The translations under genes and the position numbers were made by a program. This document shows, piece after piece, positions 17,939-25,852 of a stretch of DNA of 32,000 nt (its first letter is position 1; every line of letters starts with the position of its first letter). Below the pieces are notes generated by a model. It was not told the DNA's origin. It worked only from the letters and a program-made list of their open reading frames with translations, and made no database searches. This stretch comes from Candidatus Methylomirabilis oxygeniifera (GTDB lineage: Bacteria > Methylomirabilota > Methylomirabilia > Methylomirabilales > Methylomirabilaceae): assembly GCA_000091165.1 (NCBI GenBank), contig FP565575.1, forward strand, positions 2,460,001 through 2,492,000, given 5' to 3'.

Positions 17939-18703
17939 TTACCTCATCGGCGGCTGCGGGATCACATGCTTATGAGAATTGCCTGAACGCTGTGTATGAT
18001 CCCGAAACCACAGCGTGATAGGCCCGACTGACGCGGGCTTGGCATCGAAGGCTTGGGGTGACCGAACGTCAATCCAAAACTCTGTTGACCGTTCAACGGG
18101 AATCGGGAAAGGCGCTTTTCTTCCATCGGCCTCCCGAAAGATTTCATTTATGGTCCACGTCCCCACTCCCTCCTCCGTAACTCCAAGCTCGATGATGTCC
18201 AGCGGCTGACCTTCCGCGATTAATCGGACCTTGAATCGCCATCCGCTGACATAGCTCCCACCAGACGACCAATAACCAATGGGATTCACTGGCTCCGGAA
18301 GTTCAATCCGAAGCCGTCCAGGAAATCGCTCTGCCTGAGTATCAGAAATTCGGTTGGCCGTCTTGCCAATCTCCGAAAAGGCCGCCTCTTCGGCCTTGGA
18401 CTTCCATTCGCGGAGAAGGTCGGCAGAGTAGCGGAAAAAGTCATTGTCAACCAGCTTCGCGCAGGTTTGGCACAGCCAGATCCCGTTATTAGGGTGGCTA
18501 CGCTCTTCGGAACTCAATGATGAATCATATCGTGGTCCGCCAGCGGACGCAGCCGTGATGTGCGCCGCCACACCGACGTTAAGAGTCTTTGCGGAGTCCA
18601 GTTGGGGACCACTTGTCACTGCTCGGCACTCAAGATTAGAGCAGCGATTCGCAACGCGGTTAGCGATAGCCCGCTTTACGTCTTCCGTAAAATCGTCTCT
18701 CAT
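17939..18703 (-). CDS. HNH-type nuclease domain protein with additional C-terminal domain
   Basis: RVANRCSNLECRA, GVAAHITAASAGGPRYDSSLSSEERSHPNNGIWLCQTCAKLVDNDFFRY. C-terminal roughly 130 aa of unassigned, beta-rich-looking sequence. Confidence 0.82.
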   Translation of the reverse strand: MRDDFTEDVKRAIANRVANRCSNLECRAVTSGPQLDSAKTLNVGVAAHITAASAGGPRYDSSLSSEERSHPNNGIWLCQTCAKLVDNDFFRYSADLLREWKSKAEEAAFSEIGKTANRISDTQAERFPGRLRIELPEPVNPIGYWSSGGSYVSGWRFKVRLIAEGQPLDIIELGVTEEGVGTWTINEIFREADGRKAPFPIPVERSTEFWIDVRSPQAFDAKPASVGPITLWFRDHTQRSGNSHKHVIPQPPMR

Positions 18704-19223
18704 CTAGGCCCACGCAAGTTAGGAATAGTTACTCGCAGAGCGCTTTTCGAGTGCCGGGGTCCCAAAGCACTTTTCAGCACCGTATCGAGTGGCGCGTGCC
18801 GCCAACCCAACGTCCTCGGGCAATGTCACGCCAGCTTTGCGCGCTTCTGTGTTGAGCGGCGTGTTATGCGTGACGTTTTCTCCGTTAATTCCAACAGGCC
18901 GAACAAGGCCTCGTTTACCGCACGCGATGTGGGAAACGCCTTCGCGATCGACGGCTCAAGCAGCGCGACGGACGTACCCTTCGCTCCCTCAGCCTAAAAC
19001 TCTCCCCGCTCAAGCTTCGAAAAATCGGAGCGTTTGTACTCTCACCGCATTTGATCTTTAGCCTTCTTCATAGAGCTTCTTCTCGCCTCGCGTCACGCGA
19101 CGCGCATTGATGCTGCGTACATTTCTCGCGAATGCGGGAATTCTCCCGCCTTTCCAGTGTGTTGTCAAGGTTCTCCATGACCCCCAAGAAGAGCGGAGGA
19201 CTTCGCAATCAACCGATTCCGCC

Positions 19224-19336
19224 CGTCATTGCGAACCGTAGGCAAAGCGATCGAAATGTTTTGGCTCCGGCCCCACTGCTCATGAGGATAGAACGGTGAG
19301 ATTGCCACGCACCCTTCGGGTGCTCGCAACGGGGCT
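19224..19336. repeat. Degenerate REP/MITE-like element
   Basis: Opens with cccgtcattgcgaac and closes with gagattgccacgcacccttcgggtgctcgcaacggg. The ends are imperfect inverse complements. Confidence 0.35.
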
Positions 19337-19433
19337 AAAAGGACGTACTCGCGCCCATGGAGCGTACCGCCGGCTTGCGCGGTATTACGAGCCGTGGCTA
19401 AAGAGCAATCTACCCCGTCTAAAAATATCAGGT

Positions 19434-19488
19434 GCTATTATAGTCCAACCGGCAGACAGGGCAAAACGGCTCTTGTGCGGTGTCTTAT
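19434..19488 (-). promoter_or_regulatory. Promoter-like module copy B: TTGCCC (19459-19464), 16-nt spacer, TATAAT (19437-19442), minus strand
   Basis: Minus strand ATAAGACACCGCACAAGAGCCGTTTTGCCCTGTCTGCCGGTTGGACTATAATAGC. Matches copy A in the upstream box and -10 but not in the spacer. Confidence 0.62.
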
Positions 19489-19551
19489 GACTGCATCACG
19501 CTGAGAAATCGGTAGGATAAGAAAAATGTGAGTGAGGGATGGAGGTCGTGA

Positions 19552-19582
19552 GGCGGAGGCGGGGCACAGGCCCGCCTCCGCC
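19552..19582. terminator. 12-bp perfect hairpin following the WD40-like gene; terminator or mRNA-stabilising structure without a U-tract
   Basis: ggcggaggcggg gcacagg cccgcctccgcc, immediately 3' of the minus-strand stop at 19596. Confidence 0.5.
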
Positions 19583-19595
19583 TTCACTGCGAGGG

Positions 19596-20996
19596 TTAAC
19601 CGCCGGAGGGGAGGACCTTGAAGCCGGTTTCGCGGGGTTCGCCGGTGGTGGTGTTGGCGCGGATCAGACCTTCCTGAGGGGCCGAGACCGATGAGGTCGT
19701 GACGGTAAACGTCTGGCTGGTCGCACCGGCCGGAACCGTCACGCTTGCCGGCACCCGGGCGGCCGAGTTCGTGGATGCCAGCGTCACCACCTGTCCGCCG
19801 TCCGGCGCCGGACCGGCGAGTTTGACGCTGCCGCCGGCACTCTGCCCGCCGACGACCGCCTCGGGGCTGACCATCAGTTCGGTCAGCGCCTGCGGACCTG
19901 TGGCAACCGGCGGGGGTGGCGGGGTTGTGACCGGAGCCGGGACGAGCGGCGCCTCAGCAACGACATACGGAGTCGCGGGCGCCATCGGGTTGCGGGCCAT
20001 GATGACTACGCCATCTGCGCGCACATAGACGAGCCCCATCCCATCCGGGGTAAACGTCAGCCCGTTCACGTCCGCCGTCGCCGCATCGTACAGCGCGACC
20101 AGGGCGCCGTCGGAGAGGCGATAGATCCGGATCTGATCGCTATAGAGTGAGACGGCAGCATAGTTGCCGTCCGCCGAGAGCGCAAAAGCTCGTAGTTGCT
20201 GTCCGCCCTCATAAATGATGATATTTGTGAGCAGCGTGCGGTCGGAGATGCGGAACACTTTAATGGTCACGGCGGAGCCTCCCCATGAGGGGTTACCGGC
20301 GTACTGCGCCGGCATCGTTCCCGACGTGACAAGCTTGGAGCCGTCAGGGGTGAACGCTACGCCCCGATCACCCGCCCACGGAAAGAACGAGTTCTTGAGT
20401 TTATAGGTGCTGGTGCTGTACATCCTGGCGTATGAGTTCTGGCCGTTGCTGACTACGAAGATGCTGTCCGGTGAGAACGTCACCGAGCTGTTCTGAATAG
20501 GGAAGGAGTAGAGAACCGAATCGGTGGCGAGGTCCCAGAGCTTCATCTCCGCCATCATATCGCCGGAGGCGAGCTTTTTGGCGTCGGGTGAGAACGCCAG
20601 CGCCCAGACCTGCCATTTGTGCTCGTTCATCGTCTCGCGGACCGATCCGTCGCCGGTGTCATAGAGGCGCATAAGCGAAGCGGTCCACCAGCCCGTGTCG
20701 GGGGCCTGGGTCACCTGGGCAGCGGCGATAACATCGCCGGCTGGCGATACGGCGATGGCCTCGGCCTTGTCCGGAATGCTGAGCTGTGTCGCGCCCGTAT
20801 CCGGATCGAGGGCCACGATGGCGTTACCCGATGCAACGAGGGTCGTGCCGTCCCTCGATATACCGATCGAGCTTCCGGCACTGAGCGGCTGCTGCTGCCA
20901 GATGATGTCCGGTACTCCCTGGGCGCCGGCAGCCGACGCGACCAGCATGACTCCGATAGCCAAACCTACTGCGTTAACGTTCTTGTACTGTTTCAT
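19596..20996 (-). CDS. Exported WD40-like beta-propeller protein with C-terminal domain after a proline-rich linker
   Basis: Signal peptide MKQYKNVNAVGLAIGVMLVASAAGAQG. Propeller repeats VWALAFSPDAKKLASGDMMAEMKLWDLATD and FTPDGSKLVTSG. Linker TTPPPPPVATG. Confidence 0.85.
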   Translation of the reverse strand: MKQYKNVNAVGLAIGVMLVASAAGAQGVPDIIWQQQPLSAGSSIGISRDGTTLVASGNAIVALDPDTGATQLSIPDKAEAIAVSPAGDVIAAAQVTQAPDTGWWTASLMRLYDTGDGSVRETMNEHKWQVWALAFSPDAKKLASGDMMAEMKLWDLATDSVLYSFPIQNSSVTFSPDSIFVVSNGQNSYARMYSTSTYKLKNSFFPWAGDRGVAFTPDGSKLVTSGTMPAQYAGNPSWGGSAVTIKVFRISDRTLLTNIIIYEGGQQLRAFALSADGNYAAVSLYSDQIRIYRLSDGALVALYDAATADVNGLTFTPDGMGLVYVRADGVVIMARNPMAPATPYVVAEAPLVPAPVTTPPPPPVATGPQALTELMVSPEAVVGGQSAGGSVKLAGPAPDGGQVVTLASTNSAARVPASVTVPAGATSQTFTVTTSSVSAPQEGLIRANTTTGEPRETGFKVLPSGG

Positions 20997-21099
20997 GATG
21001 CACTTCCTCCTTTGGACCAGATGGTACGCCAGGCCAAATGAAGGAATCCTGAACAGAACGTGAATTTTTCTTCAGAATTCGGATCGGAATGGTGGTCGA

Positions 21100-22500
21100 T
21101 TAGACCGCACGGGCAAGACGGACGGTCACCGTGGTCCCGGCTCCGGACGTGCCGTCGACTGAGATCGATCCGCCCTGAGCCTCGACGATGCCGCGGCAAA
21201 TGGCCAGACCCAACCCAACGCCTGGGACCTCGGAAGAGCGCGCGGTATCGCCACGATAGAAGCGCTCGAAAACTCGGGGCAACTCATTACATGGGATGCC
21301 GGGCCCGGTATCCGAGACGGTGAGCAGTACGTGATCGTTTTCGCTGCGGGCGCGCACCGTGATGTTGCTTCCCGACGGAGAAAACTTGATGGCGTTCTCA
21401 AGCAGATTGGCTATCACCTGCTCCAGGCTCCCGTCGTACACGGCGACGGAGAGGTGGGCCGACGGCTCGATGGCAATAGCCACGTTCTTACGCTGTGCCT
21501 CTTGCTGAATCCGCTTGACTGCCCGATCAACGACTGTTGTGATGAGGACCGACTCGCGCTTACAACCGTGGCGTTCACCCGCATCGAGTCGGGCCAACAC
21601 CAGCAAGTCGCCCGTGAGGCGCGACAGCCGCTCCACCTCCTCGAGGCAGGAAAGGAGCACCGTCCGGTACTCCGAGAGATCTCTCGGCCGTCGAAGGGCC
21701 ACCTCCAATTCCGCGCGCAGCCGCGATAGCGGCGAACGAAGCTCGTGGGCGGCATCGGCGGTAAAGCGACTCTGCACGGCGAAGCTTCGCTCGAGTCGAT
21801 CGAGCATGCCATTGAGTGTATCGACCAGATGGCCGATCTCGTCCTTGGTGCCGGGATACGGAAGTCGCTCCTGAAGATTCGTCTCGCCGACGCGCTGGGC
21901 CATCGCAACCATTGCCTCAATCGGGCGCAATGTATTCTTAGCGAGGATGGCCCCCGTCACCGTCACGACCGCCAGGAGGACGAATGAGACGATGATGATC
22001 AGAAGGCGAGTCGTGGCAAGGAATATCCTTGTCGGACGGAGAGAAGTCGCGACTTGAAGCGCGTAGCGAACTTTACCGCCCTCCTCGATCGGCATGGAGA
22101 CCAGACGCACCGGGTCTCCGGCAAAGTTCTGCAGCGTGTCCAGGACGGTTTCCCGGTTGCGAATGCGGGAGAGCAGAATCGACGACATCGGAAGCGTCGT
22201 GTCGCCAAGACTGACGCTCCGGATGATCACGCGGCCATCCAGATCCAGAATCTGGACCAGCTTGTCGAGGGTACGGAACTCCGGTGCCCCAGACGCGCCC
22301 CTATGTTCGTGGAGATGGATCGTCGTGCTGTCTAACGCCGATGCCGCCTCGGTCTCGGCGAGCGCCAGCAGGGCCGCATCGACCTGATCGCTGAGACTTC
22401 GCCGCAGCAACCAATCGGCAGCGGCGAACGTCCCTGCCAGGATGACCGCCAGACCGATCCCGTGCCAGAAGACCAGGCGCGCCCTGAGCCCCCAGCGCAT
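21100..22500 (-). CDS. Sensor histidine kinase (HAMP-HisKA-HATPase)
   Basis: Two TM segments, HAMP-like linker, H-box FTADAAHELRSPLSRLRAELEVALRRP, and ATPase motifs NLLENAIKFSP, DTGPGI and GVGLGLAICRGIVEAQGG. Confidence 0.95.
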   Translation of the reverse strand: MRWGLRARLVFWHGIGLAVILAGTFAAADWLLRRSLSDQVDAALLALAETEAASALDSTTIHLHEHRGASGAPEFRTLDKLVQILDLDGRVIIRSVSLGDTTLPMSSILLSRIRNRETVLDTLQNFAGDPVRLVSMPIEEGGKVRYALQVATSLRPTRIFLATTRLLIIIVSFVLLAVVTVTGAILAKNTLRPIEAMVAMAQRVGETNLQERLPYPGTKDEIGHLVDTLNGMLDRLERSFAVQSRFTADAAHELRSPLSRLRAELEVALRRPRDLSEYRTVLLSCLEEVERLSRLTGDLLVLARLDAGERHGCKRESVLITTVVDRAVKRIQQEAQRKNVAIAIEPSAHLSVAVYDGSLEQVIANLLENAIKFSPSGSNITVRARSENDHVLLTVSDTGPGIPCNELPRVFERFYRGDTARSSEVPGVGLGLAICRGIVEAQGGSISVDGTSGAGTTVTVRLARAV

Positions 22501-23177
22501 TACTCCTGCTCCTCACTCAACCGATATCCGCGGCCGCGCACGGTATGGATAAGCGAAACCGTTGAGCCGGCATCGATCTTCTTTCTCAGATTGCTGATAT
22601 GCACATCGACAAGGTTGGTCAGGTTGTCGAACTCGTCTTCCCAGATGTGCTCGCCCAACGTGGTGCGGGTGACAACCTCTCCGACGCGGCGCGCCAGGAA
22701 CTCGATGATGGCATATTCCTTCGTAGTCAACTTGATGCTGGCCCCGCCGCGAGTGACGCGATGGCTGGCCGGATCAATGACGAGATCGGCCACTCGAAGC
22801 ATCGTCGGCCGCGGACCCGTCCCACGTCTCATAAGCGCTCGAATTCTGGCAAGTAACTCGGCGAAGGCGAACGGCTTCACCATGTAGTCGTCCGCTCCGG
22901 TATCGAGTCCCTTGATTCGGTCTCGAAGGGCATCCTTTGCCGTTACCATCAGAATGGGCGTGGAGAGACCGCGGGCTCGCAGTTCACGGCAGAGTTGAAT
23001 CCCGTCTTTTCCGGGCAGAAGCCAGTCAAGGACGATCACATCGTAGTCGTTCACGGAAGCGAGATATTCACCTTCGTCGCCGGAATTGGCGATGTCAACG
23101 ACCACGCCCTCCTCGGCCAGCCCCTTCTTTAGGACACGCGCAGCCTTTTGATCGTCTTCGACTAGCAGGAGTCTCAT
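22500..23177 (-). CDS. OmpR/PhoB-type response regulator
   Basis: MRLLLVEDDQKAARVLKKGLAEEG...DVIVLDWLLPGKDGI...PILMVTAKD...winged-helix C-terminus RRVGEVVTRTTLGEHIW. Stop/start overlap (TAATG) with the kinase gene. Confidence 0.96.
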   Translation of the reverse strand: MRLLLVEDDQKAARVLKKGLAEEGVVVDIANSGDEGEYLASVNDYDVIVLDWLLPGKDGIQLCRELRARGLSTPILMVTAKDALRDRIKGLDTGADDYMVKPFAFAELLARIRALMRRGTGPRPTMLRVADLVIDPASHRVTRGGASIKLTTKEYAIIEFLARRVGEVVTRTTLGEHIWEDEFDNLTNLVDVHISNLRKKIDAGSTVSLIHTVRGRGYRLSEEQE

Positions 23178-23268
23178 GGCATCAACGGTACGGTCGGATG
23201 TGAGTGAGTGTTAAGGGGAAGCCAGCGGACCCGTAAGCTTGGACGTCTGAATTGGAGATAGGCCTGGA

Positions 23269-23652
23269 TTAGCCTTGCAGTGTCTGCAACTGTTCAAGCG
23301 ATGCGCTGTCCTCGCCGTCGGCTTCAGTGCTTTGTGAGGCCGGGGTACCCGAATGAACCTCGCGCAGAGTCCATGGTTTGATCTTCGCCAGCGTCTTGGC
23401 AAGGGAATCCTTGGCCTTGGTTGCGTCGTAGTCCATCTGTAAGCCGATCCAGAAATCCTCGGACATGCCGAAAAACCGCGATAAACGCAGACCCGTATCG
23501 ACGGTAATGGCGCGCGTGCCGGTCACGATCTCACCGATGCGTCGTTGCGGTACGCCGATCTCCTTGGCCAGTCGATACTGCGTGATGCCTATGGGTTTTA
23601 GAAATTCTTCCAGCAGAAGTTCTCCGGGGTGGGGATAGGGGACTTTACGCAT
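23269..23652 (-). CDS. higA: HigA/VapI-family XRE antitoxin with atypical C-terminal extension
   Basis: HPGELLLEEFLKPIGITQYRLAKEIGVPQRRIGEIVTGTRAITVDTGLRLSRFFGMSEDFWIGLQMDYD, ending in DGEDSASLEQLQTLQG. Confidence 0.92.
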   Translation of the reverse strand: MRKVPYPHPGELLLEEFLKPIGITQYRLAKEIGVPQRRIGEIVTGTRAITVDTGLRLSRFFGMSEDFWIGLQMDYDATKAKDSLAKTLAKIKPWTLREVHSGTPASQSTEADGEDSASLEQLQTLQG

Positions 23653-23944
23653 GATGTCTCTCCCAGTGATAGTCTACGATCTCAACGTCCTTCGGGCCTT
23701 CCGTCGTCCACACGAAGCACACACGGAACTGATCGTTAATGCGGATGCTATACTGCCCGAAGCGGTCGCCTTTCAAGGCTTCGAGCCGGTTGCCCGGCGG
23801 CACGCGCAAGTCATCGAGTCTTCCGACCCGGTTCAGTATTGCCAGCTTGCGCATGGCAACGCATTCGATGTGCGCAAACCGCTTGATACGTTTGCCGCCA
23901 AACAGGCCTTGCGTCTCAGCGCACTTGAACGACCGGATCGGCAT
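23645..23944 (-). CDS. higB: HigB/RelE-family toxin
   Basis: MPIRSFKCAETQGLFGGKRIKRF...KLAILNRVGRLDDLRVPPGNRLEALKGDRFGQYSIRINDQFRVCFVW...VEIVDYH. Overlaps the antitoxin gene. Confidence 0.92.
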   Translation of the reverse strand: MPIRSFKCAETQGLFGGKRIKRFAHIECVAMRKLAILNRVGRLDDLRVPPGNRLEALKGDRFGQYSIRINDQFRVCFVWTTEGPKDVEIVDYHWERHHA

Positions 23945-24076
23945 ACGCAAATACTAACGATATGCGTTAGTATTGTCAAGGGCCAGCATGGGGGGATGGA
24001 CTGCACCATAAAGACGGTGGATCGTCACGATATAAGGACTATATCGATCGCTACGATCCCATTGCTCAGGTACAAC

Positions 24077-24240
24077 TCACATTGAAATGAACGTGTTCAG
24101 TGAAACAGCGGTGTCAGGAAACTCCGCCAGTATCTGGGCGTCCGATGTCACAAGCGGGATGTTCAGATGCTCGGCCAATGCAATGAATTCGCAGTGATGT
24201 GCGGGCATCTGTCTCAGCGTAGGGCCGGTCTGGCCGAAGG
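24077..24240 (-). pseudogene. C-terminal remnant of a VapC/PIN-domain toxin
   Basis: Minus-strand reading FGQTGPTLRQMPAHHCEFIALAEHLNIPLVTSDAQILAEFPDTAVSLNTFISM* resembles the VapC C-terminal half. The N-terminal catalytic half is absent. Confidence 0.7.
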
Positions 24241-24246
24241 TTGAGA

Positions 24247-24864
24247 TTATCCTTGGAGGGTGTGCAACTGTTCGAGGGATGCGTTGTCATCGCCGTCGAG
24301 GTTCAGGGCCGCCATGAACTCTCCGATGGCCAGATCGCTCATTTCCAGCCGCTTGTAGGCAAGTCCCAGGTGAAAGTGAGAGGAAGCAGCCTCAGGATTC
24401 TCGGATACCACCTGTGAGAATTCCCGAATCGCGTCGTGCCACATCCGTTTCCGCTCATAGATGATGCCCAAGTGGTAATGCACCATGATATGCGTGGGGT
24501 CCGCGTGCAGCACCTTCCCGAAACTCTGTATCGCCAGATCCAGCTTGCCCAAATGGAAATAGGACATCGCCATCCGATAGTGGGCCCAAGGGTGAGTGGG
24601 GTCCAGAGCTAAGACCTTTTTGGCGGCGTCAACGGCGGCGTGGAACATGCATCGCCCGTAATACCAGAGGCTGAGCTGAAAGTGGGCATCGAGACGCCTG
24701 GGATCCAGCATGATGACCCGTTGCATCTCAGCGATCGCTTCCTTTACCCGTCTTACCTGGTGATACTCCAGCGCAAGCTGATACCGGGCCTCGATGTTCT
24801 CCGGGTCCTGCTCGATGGCCTTGCGATATGCCTCAAGGACTGTCGGCGCTGTTTCGTCCTGCAT
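24247..24864 (-). CDS. TPR-repeat protein
   Basis: Tandem 34-aa TPR motifs (AHYRMAMSYFHLGKLDLAIQSFGKVLHADPTHI, VHYHLGIIYERKRMWHDAIREFSQVVSENPEAA). Ends DGDDNASLEQLHTLQG. Confidence 0.93.
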   Translation of the reverse strand: MQDETAPTVLEAYRKAIEQDPENIEARYQLALEYHQVRRVKEAIAEMQRVIMLDPRRLDAHFQLSLWYYGRCMFHAAVDAAKKVLALDPTHPWAHYRMAMSYFHLGKLDLAIQSFGKVLHADPTHIMVHYHLGIIYERKRMWHDAIREFSQVVSENPEAASSHFHLGLAYKRLEMSDLAIGEFMAALNLDGDDNASLEQLHTLQG

Positions 24865-24979
24865 CCGAGTCTCCTCCCTCGTAGAAGCAGCCAGGGCAAC
24901 CGTGTCCTTATCTTACTGCCGGTCTGAAGCGGGGGTCAAGATACTTTAGCAAAACAGCTTGCCAGTATGCGCTATCAGC

Positions 24980-25852
24980 TCATGGTTGCTCTTCTTGGGG
25001 CAGGCTCTCGATCCGTGTCAGGTGTACTTGTGTAGGAAAGGGGATCTCGATCCCCTCCTTCTCAAAGGTCGCTTTAATTCGCCTTCTTAACTCCCGAGCC
25101 ACCTCCCATTGTCGCTGAGGCAGCGTTTTGACCAGCACCTTGATGGTAACCTGAGATTCGCCGAAGGACTCGATACCGAGAACCTCCGGCGGTTCCAGGA
25201 TCAGCGGACCCATCCTCTCATCCCTTGCCAGCCCCTGTCCGATCTGCTGCAGCACCTCGACGACCCGATCAATATCCTCGTGGTAGGCGACGCCAATGTC
25301 CAGAGCTACTCGCGACCACTCCTTTGTCAGGTTTGAAACAACCTTGAGTTCGCTATTCGGGATAAAGTGCACCGCGCCACTGCTGACATCCCGAAGGATC
25401 GTCACGCGCAGATTGAGTCGCTCCACCACACCGCTGATCTCACCCGTCTTGATGACATCGCCCACTGCAAACTGTCCCTCGAGGATGATAAAGAAGCCGG
25501 CGATCACATCCTTGATCAGGCTCTGGGCGCCGAAACCGACGGCCAGCCCCACCACACCTGCGCCGGCGATGATGGGGGTGATGTCCAGTCCGATCTCCTG
25601 CAGTCCCATCATCGTGGCGATGATCACAACCACCGTCGTCCCGACGGTCTTGACGATACCGGCCAGCGTCAGGGCGCGCTTTTCCTGCTCACTAACCTGT
25701 CCGGCGCCCCCATCCGCAACGGCGCGGACGACACGATCCGAAGCCAGCTTGAGGAGGTGAACCAGTACCAGGCTTCCTGCCACGATAATTGCTAGCCGCA
25801 GCCCGCCGGTCCGCAGCCACTGGAAGCTCTCCTCAAAGGGCCGCGTGTTCAT
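24980..25852 (-). CDS. Small-conductance mechanosensitive channel (MscS family)
   Basis: GVVGLAVGFGAQSLIKDVIAGFFIILEGQFAVGDVI and the beta-domain GVVERLNLRVTILRDVSSGAVHFIPNSELKVVSN. ATG at 25852 overlaps the upstream gene stop (ATGA). Confidence 0.95.
   Translation of the reverse strand: MNTRPFEESFQWLRTGGLRLAIIVAGSLVLVHLLKLASDRVVRAVADGGAGQVSEQEKRALTLAGIVKTVGTTVVVIIATMMGLQEIGLDITPIIAGAGVVGLAVGFGAQSLIKDVIAGFFIILEGQFAVGDVIKTGEISGVVERLNLRVTILRDVSSGAVHFIPNSELKVVSNLTKEWSRVALDIGVAYHEDIDRVVEVLQQIGQGLARDERMGPLILEPPEVLGIESFGESQVTIKVLVKTLPQRQWEVARELRRRIKATFEKEGIEIPFPTQVHLTRIESLPQEEQP

Noticed and set aside
24980-25760. Plus-strand ORFs antisense to the MscS gene
   Set aside because: Arg/Ser/Thr-rich composition typical of antisense GC-rich reading; the MscS motifs are unambiguous.
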